Of a DNA stretch of 64,000 bases, positions 45,313 through 58,044 are shown piece by piece. This DNA is from the human T2T-CHM13v2.0 reference genome, Homo sapiens, in NCBI RefSeq assembly GCF_009914755.1, contig NC_060928.1; one strand, 5' to 3'. Made by a program: the position numbers and the translations under genes. How positions within the stretch are numbered: position 1 is the first letter of the stretch; each line of letters starts with the position of its first letter. Below the pieces are notes generated by a model. The model searched no databases. It was not told the DNA's origin and worked only from the letters and a program-made list of their open reading frames with translations.

Positions 45313-46299
45313 AAAATGAGCACATTCTATTGGAAAAATGGCGCAATGGACTTGCTCGGCACAGGGTTACTACAAATCTTCAATTTGTAAAAAACGCAAT
45401 AAAATAAAGCTTAGTAAAACAAAATATGCCTGTGTTAATTATTAAACCTACCATGAGATCCTGATATTTAATGACTTCAAGAGGCCCATATATGAGACAC
45501 TACACATTTTAAGCATGTTTGAGAACTTACTTTAATTGAATTGCAATCCTGCATCTTTTATGGATTTAAACATTATCCTGGGAAGGGGATCCATGGGCTT
45601 TGTCAAATTGCCAAAGGCATCTTTGGCATAAAAATGGTTAAGAATCGTTTTTTCTTTTTAAGTGATGTAACTGGGTGAGTTATTAAGAAAAACTGGTGTC
45701 AGCATCTCCTTCCTCTTCTATAATATTATATCCAGGTATTCCCTGTATTTCCAAATGAGTCACTCTGGAGGAGCTGGAGCCCAAAGGAAGGGCTTGGAGA
45801 AGTAGAAACAGAAACAGCTCACTGGGAGAGGGAAGCACAGTATTAGGAAAAGATGGAGTTTGCGTGGTTGTTGGCAGTAAAAGATAGCTGCACTCCTTCT
45901 TTGCAGTCCCATAGGGAGGTATGACAACCTAATATTCATGGGTAAACAGCAAGCCAGTGGGCCCAGGGGCTGGCAGAGACATGAAGGCTCCCACCTTCAG
46001 CACTGACTCCCTTGCAAAGCACAGCACAGAGCAGTGAACCTTCTGAGTTAGGACAGTTCACATTGCAGCAAGGACCTTGGTGTTCTAAAGACCAGAGACC
46101 CTGGACACTCCCTAACCCCTGTTCACACACATGTACAAAGAAAAAACAATAGAAATGAAATTTTTTGCCTCCTGGTGAACCAGGACTTAAAGTCCAATTT
46201 TCTTAAATAAATATTGTGCCATTTCTTATTTCCAAGTGTTGTAGCTGAAGAAAATTCACGTCTGCTTTCCTAAGACCTGAAAGTTGAGTAAGAGTTAAC

Positions 46300-47000
46300 T
46301 AAGGAAGGTTGGTGGGATCAGGGCTGTACTTGACAGGAAGCAGCATGTGCAAAGGCCCAGGGGTGAGAGACAGGATGACACTGGTGGAAGGGAAGGCCAG
46401 TGAGCCTCAGGGTAAGACAGGAGAGGGAGATGGAAGCCTGCACCACAGAATCTTCCTTGAGATGGGCCATGCTCAGGAATGTGGCCTTTCTCATCCCAAC
46501 ACTGGGATGGCTTCAAGTGTGTGTATAGGTTTTAAGGATGTGGTTAGGGTGGAGTGAGCAGAAAAGAAGGGTGTGAAATGATGAAATTTGCATTTTACAT
46601 AAATCTCTTTGGCTAAAGTGTGGAGAAAACATTGGAGAAGGAAATAAATAGGTGAGCAGAGGCACTTTCAAAATCTACTGCAACTGTCCCATGAGAGGTA
46701 ATGGTAGCTTGGACCAGTGAGGAGGCAGTGAAGGCAGAGAGGAGTGAGGGCATTCAAGAAAGAGGAAATCAACCCAAGCAGGTGTGGGGATGGAGCAGGC
46801 CTCTAGGGTGAGAGACGCTGGGGTACTTGGCACATATGCGTGGGGATATGGCACTCCTTAAGGTGGTATCATTCCCTGGCATAGAGCTCCCTGAGGAAGA
46901 AACAGGGAAGAAGGGAGAAATCAGGAGTCTGGTTATGACAATATTGTAAATGAGGTGCTGGTGAGATATAAATAGTTGGATGTGTGGGTGTAGAGAGTAG
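46300..47000 (-). mobile_element. L2 fragment
   Basis: cagcatgtgcaaaggccc...aatctctttggctaaagtgtggagaa...gagaggtaatggtagcttggacca...aggagtctggttatgacaa. Confidence 0.65.
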
Positions 47001-47099
47001 TATCCATTAGCTGTACAGGTTCAAGTAGAGATCTTCACATCTTCAAATTTTATGCTACTCTCCATTATCCTTGGCCTTTGCACATGGCAATGATAAAGA

Positions 47100-47600
47100 T
47101 GATTACAATGATGATGATGATGACGATGATGATGATGACGAATAACGTTCATTGACAATTACCTTGTTCTAGGCACTTTGGTGCATTTTAAATTTAATTA
47201 TTATGACTACACTGTATGTTTGATTACTATCCCATTTCATGCTTGAGAAACTGAGGCGTAAGATCACATAGCCAATCAGTAGCAGAGGCATGATCTAGAC
47301 CCAGACAATTTGTTCCATAAAATGGAGATACCAATCATATTCACTTTATAGGATTGTTATGAAGATTAAATTTCAAATGATAATAACTGACATTTATGAA
47401 GCACCAGACATTCTTTTAAGGGCTTTTAAATTTAATCAGTAAAACAACATTATGAAGTAAATAGTACTTATTATTATCTCCATTTTTGACATGAGAAAAC
47501 ACAATTACAGGGAGCTTGAATAACTTGCTTGTGGTTAGTAAGTCAAAGCAAAGATTGAGACTCAAGTTTTCTAGCTCCAGAGTCTATGGTCTTGACCACT
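47100..47600. mobile_element. (GAT)n repeat followed by a cluster of MIRs in mixed orientation
   Basis: gatgatgatgac; cccatttcatgcttgagaaactgagg; ataaaatggagata..ggattgttatgaagattaaa; ccatttttgacatgagaaaac. Confidence 0.65.
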
Positions 47601-49447
47601 ACAGATTCATAAAGTGATGAAGACAGTTCCTGCTACAGGGCAAGCATTCAATGGCACAGTCCAGGAAATTAAAACAAATTTGTCTCAGGACCTACCCAAT
47701 GACACTGATCCTTTGCAAAAGATAAGGATCTAAGCCTACATTTGCATTAAGGGCTAAGAGCTGAAATGTAAGAACACCTGCCAAGGGAGCACAAAGTAGA
47801 TGCTCAATAAGTATTTGTTAAACGATAAATAAATGGATAAGCCCTGGATGAGATTAGTAAATGGATCAGAATATAGGACCTGCTCTGCCACTGTCCCTTG
47901 GCTATGTCTCTTAGAAATATCACTTCTTTTCTTAGGTCACAGTTCACTCGTTTGTAAATATGTTGGTGGAACCATCTGACAGGGCAAATGATATACATGC
48001 TACATGTTATCATTCCTTACTCCTGCCCCCTTTGACAGACATTGGTAATCCATCACAGGCCTATTTCCCAGTAAGCCCAAGCCCACTTTCAACACCATGC
48101 TCTCAGAAATCGCCAGGGATGCCACTGAAGGTGCAATCTGTTACCTGATCCTGAATTCCATGGTCTCTGATGTCACTTCCAGCCCTGACATCTCATCACT
48201 CCCTGAAATAAAGTCCTGCTTTCTTGAGACCCTCTTCTGCATGAATCTGCTGCCTTTCATTGTCTTTGCTCAACCCCAAACCTAGATCCTTGAACAGACT
48301 GCATTCTGTTCAGGCCATGGGGGGAGAATATGAACCACATGCTGAAAGAACTCCAGTTATTGACATATCTGACTGGCAATGCTGAAGCTGCCCTGGTGAC
48401 TGGAGGCCACGTGCTGCTGTCAGCAGCATCCTTCATGAGAGGCCTTCCCATGTTTCCTAGGCATTCCCAGTGTTCTCAGGAGTAATTGGCTTTTGTTTTC
48501 TTTTTGCAAGAATTCTGCTCTTCCAAAATTTGTTTCTTGTCTGCCTGTTCACAGCTGCAATCTACTAGGACCAAGCAAACCAAAATGAAAGCACTATTGC
48601 TGATGCCCTCAACCTCTCCCATCATGCCCAGAAAAATGGGCCTCTGTGATGCTCCCAGGATTGTCCAACCTCCTCTTGCTTCCCTGTGTCTTCTCTCTGA
48701 GGCTGTGCACTGGGACTTTAGGAAGCACTTTGACCAGACACACATTTTAAACAGCTTTAGAGCTGTTTTTCACCATCTGCTTTTAAGTACTGAAACCAAC
48801 AAAAAATGTCTTTGAGCATCATTCTGTATTTCCCCCAGCCCTCTCTCAACACTGAATCAAGACCCATCACCAACTCTAATTTAAACTAGGGAATAACAAC
48901 ATTTATAGTATGATTCTATATGTGCAAACATGGAACACTGCAAATGAGCATAGCTGGATGGCCGCCAGCCACCAGTCCCCACCATACTGTGTGGGTTGGC
49001 CATGGGTGGAGCCTTGGTAGGATGAGGCTGGACTGGACGTCTGAGTTTCCACTTGGCTGCCTACTCACCGTATATGACCACAGGCAAGTCACTTTGCTAC
49101 TGTGAGCCTCAGTTTCCTTCTCTGTGAAATGAAGCCATGGAGCCATTTCCTCCACAACCATGGGGGTGAGACCCACCTTGCTCTGGAGATGGGGAATGAC
49201 TGTCAAAGAGAAAGAGGAAGAGAACAGAGTTCTGGGGGCCCCCTATCTCAGGTGTAGATGAGAAAAGAAGGCTGGAGAAAGGATGGCAGCAAGACACCAA
49301 GTTTTCAGTGTTTGACTTTTCCTATAGCTACGTTGGGTAGTGAGTGGGGATAGGGTGCTTCCTGTACCTGAGCAGCACACAAACGCTGAGAATAGGTCCT
49401 TCCAAATGGGCCCAAAAAAACAATTCGCAAACAGAGAATGGTGCAGT

Positions 49448-49688
49448 GGGCCCCTGCAGTTCCCTGCCTGATGCCCTCCCACAGGCCCTCTGACAACATG
49501 GCAGTTTGCCTCTCCAAAGCCAGCAGGAGAATCCCTTGCTGCAGTCTTATGTGATGCAATGCACAAGAGTGAAATCTCATCAGCTTTGCCATTGGCTAGA
49601 AGCAAGTCAGATTTCACTCCTACTCAAGGAGAGGAAATTATATAAGGGGGTGACTCATTGGGTGTCAGCTTAGAATCCTGCCTACCAT
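49448..49688 (-). mobile_element. MLT1F-type LTR fragment
   Basis: acaacatggcagtttgcctctccaaagccagc...ttggctagaagcaagtca...actcaaggagagg...cttagaatcctgcctacca. Confidence 0.7.
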
Positions 49689-49899
49689 AAGCACCCCATG
49701 CTGTCTTCTGCATATAAACACCCTGACTCCTCAGCAGCCAGCATCAACCCCAGTGCAGGGAGCCTAAGGGCACTGTCTGACCTCAGTAGTCCCGATCTTA
49801 CCCTGCCTTTACATAGCACATTTGCCAGTGAAGACGATCTCAATCAATAAATCTGCAAATATTTATTGCCAATATATTATATACAGATGGTATGAAAAC

Positions 49900-50130
49900 A
49901 TTTTTATTATAACGATTATCATAATAGAAACATTTATGGTGAGTTTTACAATTTGTAAAGGACTTTGATCTGCCCTCTTAATTGATCCTTACAGAAACAG
50001 ACAGGGGAAATATCCTTGTTCTTTTATTTCATAAGGAAGCTGGACCTCAGGAAGGTTAGATGACATCGTTAAGATCGCACAGCTAGTAAGTACAGGATCA
50101 ATGTGAGAACCAAACATCCTAGGTTCTTGT
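49900..50130 (-). mobile_element. MIR
   Basis: acatttatggtgagttttacaatttgtaaag...ctcaggaaggttagatgac..aagatcgcacagctagtaagt. Confidence 0.7.
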
Positions 50131-50689
50131 TTCCAGGGATATATATCCAGTAGTGTAAGTATAATAAATGTGCACTTTTATGAAAAGATTAGCAACAGTA
50201 AGTGGGATATCACTTAGAACCATATGAGCAGTATGATGTTAAAGGATTTTGCAAAAAAAGTCTGGTCTGGCCCGGGGGGATCTTATAGAAAAGGTAGGAC
50301 ATGAATTGAATCCTACAAAACAAGATTCACCTACCTGGTAGGGTGGATGAAAAGATGGGCATTCAAGTGAGAGGAACAGAATGAATAAAATCAGAAAATC
50401 ATGAGAGTTTCCAGGGGGCCAAAGGAAGACCACTCAGCTAGAAAGACTTCTGTAAGAGACAAGTGGAAAAGACTGGAAAGCCATCTGGAATCCCAGGAGT
50501 CTCTTTGCGGATCTAGAAACTGTGGTGCCAATGGGCCCCTAAGCCCTACCAGCTTTCCTTGAATCTCATGCATAAGCAGCAGCCTGCAGACCTGATCATG
50601 CCTGGCTACCTGGGGCAGGATGCTAGGGCAATGCTGATGCCAGTGCCTCCTCTGCCGCTGAAACTTAGACACTTGGCTCACCTGGAGAA

Positions 50690-50900
50690 CCAGCAGTGTG
50701 AAAACAGCTGGGCAGATCTGGTTCGCTTTTCACTTTCCAGGTAGGTAGCTTTCATCTCTTCGAGCCTCAGTTTCTACCTCTACAAAATCGGGATTAAAAA
50801 TACCTATCTTGCAGATTTTTTGAGCAGGAAAAAAATGAGATCATACTTGCCAAGTGTCTAGCTCAGCACATTCAATAAAGAGGAGCTATTATAATGAAGT
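50690..50900 (+). mobile_element. MIR
   Basis: gagcctcagtttctacctctacaaaatcgggattaaaaatacctatcttgcag. Confidence 0.7.
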
Positions 50901-51154
50901 TAATTAATCAAACTGTTGGTATGCTATGAATTTGTCTCCCAGGCTTGCACCCATGAGAACTCCCCGGCATATATTCCCCATACTCTACGTGCCTCTTCCT
51001 TTGTCATAAGCCCCAAGAATCTCTTCCTTGTTTGTCTTCAGTTAAAAGATAATTGATATTTTAAAAAGTTGCTTCTTTTACAATTGTGTCATTGGTGATA
51101 AAAGTGAAAATGCATTCACAAGTAACTTAGCATAGAAGTTCCTTTAGACCAGAG

Positions 51155-51360
51155 CAGTGGTTCTGAACCAGGAGACAAGCATTTGGTGATGCTTGGAGAC
51201 ACGTTTGGTTGCCACAACTGGAGAGAGCTACTGGCATCTAGTGAGTCGAGGCCAAGGATACTGCCAAACACTCTACAATGCACAAGATAACTCCCCTATC
51301 CTCTACAGCAAAGATTTATCCAGCCCCCAATGTCAATAGTGCCACGGTTGAGAAACCTTA
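51155..51360 (+). mobile_element. MER20 hAT-Charlie MITE
   Basis: cagtggttct...tggttgccacaactgg..gctactggcatctagtgagtcgaggccaaggat...aatgtcaatagtgcc..ggttgagaaacc. Confidence 0.88.
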
Positions 51361-52039
51361 GGCTAAAGACAAGAAGAACTGGGTTCTGGTCTTAGCGCTG
51401 CCTAGAATAAACTCTGTGATAGTTACCTACTTTATGTGGGCTTCAGTTTCCTTATGTGTAAAATGAAGACTGCAGCTTAGATCTGCCTGCCATAGAATGG
51501 AAAAAAAAAAAAAAAAAAAGCAAGTTGTAGCAAACTTTGCATAAAGCTAAATGTGTTCACTCTAAAATAATATCCTTTATACCGATGTTATAGTCTGCTT
51601 TGTTGAAGCACGATGTTAAATGCCTTTTCTTCTAAAAATGATTGTGATAGTTTACTTGAAAAACACGTAAAAATATTCTCAGCAAAATAATCATTGTGAA
51701 TCCCAACTCAGTCACATACAATTTAAAAAATTACATTTGTCAATGAAATCCAAGTTTTGAGGAACTATCAGCCTACATGATCTCAAAGATCTCCTTCGGC
51801 GTCAGCAAACTGTGATTCTGTAAGAAATAACTGAGGGAAATGGCTGGTGAGTTCCTGCTCTGTGAAGTGTTATGCTTTTCTGAAAAATATCCTGCATTAA
51901 CCAGGTTCCTTCAGTGAACTGGGAGCCAGTCTATCCATTCCACTATTGGAATTAGAGGGCTGTATAACTGAGGGAAGAGTTGGAAAGTGGAGGCCAGAGA
52001 AGCCACCGCTGAAGTCGTCAGCCTGAAGCACTGAAGCAG

Positions 52040-52330
52040 GTCGTTCTCAAGCAGTTGTCAGGAGGCCTCTGTGAATTTCACCTCTGTGCACATCCCTGCT
52101 ACAACTGCCTCCAGAGAATCACAGCTTCTCCTGCTCTTCAACCTTCCAAATCTTGTGCAAGTATGTCTCCCTGGCCGGCAAATTTGGGGAAGGAGATTTG
52201 GGAATATGTAGTCCCCACTTCTCCTCTGTAACATGGTAGAGACCTTAGAAGGGACAGGGTGGAGGGGGTGAACAGGCTGCCAGATTGACCAAAATCCAAC
52301 CCACTTAGTAAACAGGGCCAAGATGTCATC
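52040..52330 (-). mobile_element. Ancient ERVL-class LTR fragment (same family as 640-1060)
   Basis: ccttccaaatcttgtgcaagt...tgggaatatgtagtc. Confidence 0.5.
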
Positions 52331-53589
52331 CAGTGCCTCCACCCACACCCTTCTGCCCCATCGCTACACAGATGCCTGGAGTAAAGCCAGCCAAGACACA
52401 GACAGCTTGCCCTTGAATGCGTGCTGCTCTGTTGCAGAGGAGAGGAGTCTGAAGAAAGGGACTACAATCAGTTAAATAAAGGAACATTGCTTACAAAAAG
52501 GTCTGATTGTTGAACTAATTCCCGAACTGATTTGTAAAGATCATTGGGATGCTTTTTGGAGCTTTCAATTCCCCACTAACGTTTTGTAAGCCAACAAGTC
52601 TCTGAGACTCAGATCCTGTGACCATCACATTAAGCTATAAAACATTGTTCTGCTGATGCAGTAATTGCCTGACATGGCTACCTGGTTCGAACTCATGCTT
52701 AGTATGCAAATCTGCTCCAAGAATGCATTTGACAATCACTTTTCTGTCCACAGAAACTGCCCCTTGACAGAAAATATATTCCAAAAACAACTTTCAATTT
52801 TTTGCCTTTAAAACGAAAGCTTGCAAGTCCAGTGGTAGCTGAGAGCAACAACATATGCTTATAATTAGGATTACCATCAGGGAATTCAACCTTACTGAGG
52901 GAAGGGGAAGAGGTCCGCCAAGGGGGAGCACAAAAGCTCTCCAAAAAATAGCAGATGAAACAGCCCAGTCGGTTTGGCTATTCCTGGGTAATGGGAGAAA
53001 CTTGATTGTGAAAAACAGTGCTGGTTTTACTCCAGATTCTAAAGAAATGTTGCGTGGGCAGAACAAGAAATGCTGACAAACAAAATCAAGCTTTGGGGAA
53101 TCTGCCTTCCAGGGCAGCCTGAAGGAGCCTCACTAAGGGCAGGCAGCCCTATCCCTAGCAACTGCCCCAGGGTTGGGCCTGGAAACCAGGCAGGCCACTT
53201 GCTTTAGCCCCATGTGACCCATGCACTGCTTTGCTCCCCAGCACGGGAGGGTGTGGGAACTCTCGCTTCTCTCCTGCTCTGATTCCCTATTGGATTTCTG
53301 GATTCCAAGCACGAGTTTGCAATCAAAGAAGCAAGTCTTTGAATCTCAGCCTCTGATAGTGCATGAGTTGGACAGTTCATATAACATCTCTGACCTTCAG
53401 CCTTTCAAAGGGGAAGGAGAATGCCTGCTTCGCAGAACCATTAGGGATTTAAATAACATGATGGAAAGGAATGGCTGGTGTCCACCGGCCACTCGGAAAG
53501 CAGGCACTGCTGTTGTTGTTCCTTCATTTGGTTGGCTCCTAAACGTCTTGGGATTGGTTACTGTTTGTGGCTCCACGGCTCTTTATTAA

Positions 53590-53870
53590 TTAATTTGTTC
53601 CACAATTATCTGTTCCATGCCTACTATGTACCAGGCATGCTGGAGCAGCAGTGGCATACAGGACAAATGTCATCTTTGTTGGCTGCCTGGTAAAGGAAAC
53701 GGGAACTAATAAGGTATTACAATAAATGAGATGGGGGAGGCACGGGATGCTAGAGAAGCATCTAAGAGGGAAATTTTACCCAGATTTGGGGACCAGGGGA
53801 CGTGGAGGAGGCAGCTTCTCAGTTACACTTGAATGGTGAGTCTGATAAAGCCAGATACAGGATGGTGTGA
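53590..53870 (-). mobile_element. L2 3' fragment
   Basis: tgcctactatgtaccaggcatgctgg...gggatgctagagaagcatctaagaggg. Confidence 0.6.
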
Positions 53871-54245
53871 AGGAGTAGAGAGAGGGAAGGAGACCTGTAA
53901 CTTCGGACCACAGTGAGTGCCAAGGCGCGTAGTGAATGACTCCATTTTGTGCCTGTTACTGAAACAAGTTCCATATAGGTGAAAGGGGCGACAGAGGCCT
54001 AAAGGAAGACAGCAAGCAGCCTGTGAGTCACACAGCCAGCCAATGGGCAACCGGGCTTAGATGTTCCTATGCTATCCCAAGTCTGTGTGCCAGTTAAGCC
54101 CTTTGCTCTTCTGGGAACCTCCTTCTACCTTCCCCTTCATTTCCTGGTATTCTTGCCATGAATCTGGCAGAAGCTCACTGTGTGGCTTTGGGCAAGTTGT
54201 TTCATTTTCTGAGCCTATACTTTTTAGCCAATCAACTGTCACTCT

Positions 54246-54620
54246 TGTATTAGTTTGTTTTCATTCTGCTGTAAAGAACTGTCCAAGACTGGGTAATTTA
54301 AAAAGAAAAGAGGTTTGATTCACTCACTGTTCCACATGGCTGGAGATGCCTCAGGAAGCTTACAGTCATGGTGGAAGGTGAAGGGGAAGCGAAGTCCTTC
54401 TTCACATGGTAGCAGGAAAGAGAGGGCTAGCAAGAGAAGGGAAAACTGCCTTATAAAACCATCAGACTCATGAGAACTCATTCACAATCACGAGAATAGC
54501 ATGGGGGAAACTGCCCCCATGACCCAATCACCTCCCACTGGGTTCCTCCCTCGACATGTGGGGATTATGGGGGTTACAATTCAAGAAGAGATTTGGGGGG
54601 GACACAGCCAAACCATATCA
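54246..54620 (-). mobile_element. THE1D-like MaLR solo LTR
   Basis: tgtattagtttgttttcattctgct...ggggacacagccaaaccatatca; near-TSD actct/gctct. Confidence 0.92.
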
Positions 54621-55107
54621 GCTCTATTTGTGAAAGTATCCTGAAAATTTTAAAGAAAGTAACTGCATGACAATTGGGCCCAGGGTCAGTAATGTATTAA
54701 AGAGACAGAGAAGGCTGAAAGCAAAATGTCCTGGCAGTGAGCAGATGGACCATGGACTCTGCTATCCACTATATGTGTCCCAAGTTCCAAAAGGATATTT
54801 CAATCATTGCCACAGACCCCTGTCAGTGTCCAGAGTCACTCAATTCCCATATGCAATAAGAAGCATCAGGGTCTAATGTCTTTGCATGGATACCAACTAG
54901 AATTGAAATTCCTTTTATGGAGAGCCAAGGTCAAGTCGTTCAACCTCTATGAAGCTTTTTTGTATGGAAGAGACAATCAATGTACCTCATAATCTTGTTA
55001 ACAAGACTAAATTAAATGCAATAAACTATGTGAAGTGCCCAACACACACTAGGCACTAAATACATTCTTATACCCTTGTTCTCATTGAGCCAAAAAAACT
55101 CACTCAA

Positions 55108-55219
55108 TACTCCACTTACCCTGATGTGATTATTACATATTGCATGTCTTTATCAAAAAATCTCATGTCCCCCATAATTATATACACCTACTATGTCTTC
55201 CCCAAAATAAAAACCAAAG
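55108..55219 (+). mobile_element. Very short L1MA-type 3' end insertion
   Basis: ttaccctgatgtgattattacatattgcatg..tatcaaaa..tctcatgt.cccc..tatatacacctactatgt; TSD aaactcactcaa on both sides. Confidence 0.82.
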
Positions 55220-55494
55220 AAACTCACTCAAAGACAGAATGCCATATGTGGTGTCAACTTTAAATTCACTTTCTCCATTATTTCCTCTAATTACTCTTTT
55301 CTCCCCCTATCCCAAATCACCATAACTTCCAGTGTAGATGTTCTGCTTAGCCTTTTGTTTTAGAACAGAGTTTGCTCAGTTTCACTTGAGAAATGAAAGG
55401 CTTATGAAAAGGGAGCTTGGGGAGATAAAAAAGCAAGAGTCGCAACTGTTTAGCCCGGCACCATGAAAAGACAGTGAGCTTCGTGGACACAGGA

Positions 55495-55785
55495 ACAGCT
55501 GGAGTCTTCCTACTCATCCGCTTTCACCCCTTGGCAGAAAACAACCCAACAATCCAAATCCTCACACTATGCCTAGGCGCCACCACTACCCTGTTTGCAG
55601 CAGTCTGTGCTCTTACACAAAACGACATCAAAAAAATTGTAGCCTTCTCCACTTCGAGCCAACTAGGACTTATAGTAGTCACAATTGGCATCAACCAGCC
55701 ATATCTAGCATTTCTACCCATCTGTACCCACGCTTTCTTTAAAGCCATATTATTTATATGCTCCGGATCCATCATTCATAACATC
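55495..55785 (+). pseudogene. MT-ND5: NUMT: nuclear copy of mitochondrial NADH dehydrogenase subunit 5 (about ND5 residues 254-350)
   Basis: Translation [85 protein letters not shown] is clearly ND5; G-poor, C/A-rich mitochondrial composition; ATA at ND5 Met positions. Confidence 0.97.
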
Positions 55786-56144
55786 AAAACAGGCCTTTCA
55801 GAATCCAAAGATGTTTTGGCTCCACCATGTCTCGCCATCAGAGGAGTTCATGGATCACCCCCTGGATCTCCATTATTGTGACTTGGTTTACCTCTTGGTG
55901 TCTTCCCTCTGTGTGTCTTTTGTTGTCTTTCATCTTGCCAGCAGTTGGCCAACTCTCTCCAAATTAAGTTCTAATTCCCTCAGAGAGAAGATGTAATTGG
56001 CCTCATTAGCCATGGTTTTCCCAGTCAGATGCAGTTTTCAAGCCAAACCATCTCAAAGGCAACTCTCAGCCCAGAAACTGGCTACTCTTAGGAGCTTTGC
56101 CTACACTAAATTACCGGGGTCAGAAGGTGGGGGTCCCATGGTCC

Positions 56145-57541
56145 TAGGCTAACCAACTCATCACGGTTTGCCTGGGACTTTCCCAGTTTTAGCACGGAAA
56201 GCCCTGCATCCCAGGAAAGCCTTAAGTGACAGTTTTAAAACTAAAAGTATCTCACCCTATAAAGAAATCAACTTAAGATGGATTAAAGACTTAAATCTAA
56301 GACCTGAAACCATAAAGATTCTAGAAGATAGCATCAGAAAAACCCTTCTATACATCGGCCTAAGCAAAAACTTCATGACCAAAAACCCAAAAGCAAATGC
56401 AACGAAAACAAAGATAAATAGATGGGACTTAAATTAAACAAAAAAGCTTCTGCACAGCAAAAGAAATAAGCAGCAGAGTTAACAGACAATCCACAGAGTG
56501 GGAAAAAATCTTCATAATCTATACATCCGACAAAGGACTAATATCCAGAATCTACAAGCAACTACAACAAATCAGCAAGAAAAAATCAAACAATCTCATC
56601 AAAAAGTGAGCAAAGGATATGAGTAGACAATTCTCAGAAGATATACAAATGGCCAACAGGCTTATGGAAAAATGCCCAATATCACTAAGTATCAGGGAAA
56701 TACAAATCAAAACCACAGTGTGATATCATCTCACTCCTGCAAGAATGGCCATAATTAAAAAATCAAGAAATAATAGATGTTGGTGTGGATGCAGTGAAAA
56801 GGGAACACTTTTATACTGTTGGTGGGAATGTAAAATAGTACAACCACTATGGAAAACAGTGTAGAGATTCCTTAAAGAACTAAAAGTAGAACTACCATTT
56901 GATCTAGCAGTCCCACTACTGGGTATCTACTCAGAGGAAAGTAAGTCATTATCAAAAAAAAAAAAAAAAAAAAAAAAAGAACTTACACATGCATGTTTAT
57001 AGCAGCACAATTTGCAATTGCAAAAATATGGAACCAGCTCAAATTCCCATCAATCAACAAGTGGATAAAGAACATGTGGCATATATATATATAACATGGA
57101 ATACTATTCAGCCATAAAAAAGAATGAAATGATGGCATTCACAGCAACCTGGATAGACTTGGAGACTATTATTCTAAGTGAAGTAACTCAGGAATGGAAA
57201 ATCAAATGTCCTATGTTCTCACTCATATGTAGGAGCTAAGCTATGAGGACACAAAGGCATAAGAATGACACATTGGACTTTGGGGATTTGTGAGAAAGGG
57301 TGGGGGCTGGGGAGGGATAAAAGACTACACATTAGGTAGAGTGTACACTGCTTGGGTGATGGGTGCACCAAAATCTCAGAAATTATGACTAAAGAACTAA
57401 TTCATGTAACCAAGCACCCCCTGTTCCCCAAAAACCTATTGAAATAAAAAAAATTTAAAAAGAAAACAAAAGATAAAACTAAAAGTCCCATATCCTGGAA
57501 ACTTCTTCAGTCCCAGGCAAACCAGGACACTTGGTCACCCT
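56145..57541. mobile_element. MER81 hAT MITE split (56145-56248 and 57474-57541) by L1PB
   Basis: aaccaactcatcacggtttgcctgggactttcccagttttagcac ... cagtcccaggcaaaccaggacacttggtcaccct. Confidence 0.72.
56249..57473 (+). mobile_element. L1PB (PB1/2-like) 5'-truncated insertion: ORF2 C-terminus and 3'UTR
   Basis: SPYKEINLRWIKDLNLRPETIKILED...FMTKNPKANATKTKINRWDL; 3'UTR gggataaaagactacac..gatgggtgcaccaaaatctcag; perfect TSD taaaactaaaagt (56236-56248 / 57474-57486). Confidence 0.95.
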
Positions 57542-58044
57542 TTGTGCCCCCAGAATGAGAATTTCTACAGTGGAGGTGTGACCGAGGCATGGCCTCTCAC
57601 ACAGTAAGAATTAAGAACTCTGTAGCCTGCCAAAATCATTCTGACATGGTAGAGTCAATCTGTCTCAGAGGATCATCTTATTGGTATGTGGGATTCAACT
57701 GATTTCTATTAAAACAATGTTTAAAATAAACATTCTGGGATAAAAAAATCTCTCTTAACTTGCAATTTGGAAGTTTTAACCTTTTTTATTTTTACTGCAT
57801 TTCAGCTTTCTAAGCTTGTAACCGAAACAGTGCCACTTGGACCCAAATCAAATATGATAGTCTGGCTCAAAAGGAAACGTTGATAAAGTCAGTAAAACTT
57901 GAAAGCAGATTTATGGTATAGGGGACCCACAGACACAACCAGGGATCCCCGGACTGTGAAAGTGGTATGTGTGCTGACTGCCCACTATCATTCTTTTATT
58001 CTCTTCTTAAATCAACATTCAGTAGGAAAATTTATTGGGCGATC

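Noticed and set aside
51500-51519. Isolated A20 run as the tail of a processed pseudogene
   Set aside because: Upstream sequence is MIR/MER20-derived, with no TSD or mRNA-like body.
56168-56437. 89-aa ORF with L1 ORF2 similarity
   Set aside because: Short open stretch of a 5'-truncated L1PB read in from MER81 sequence; not a gene.
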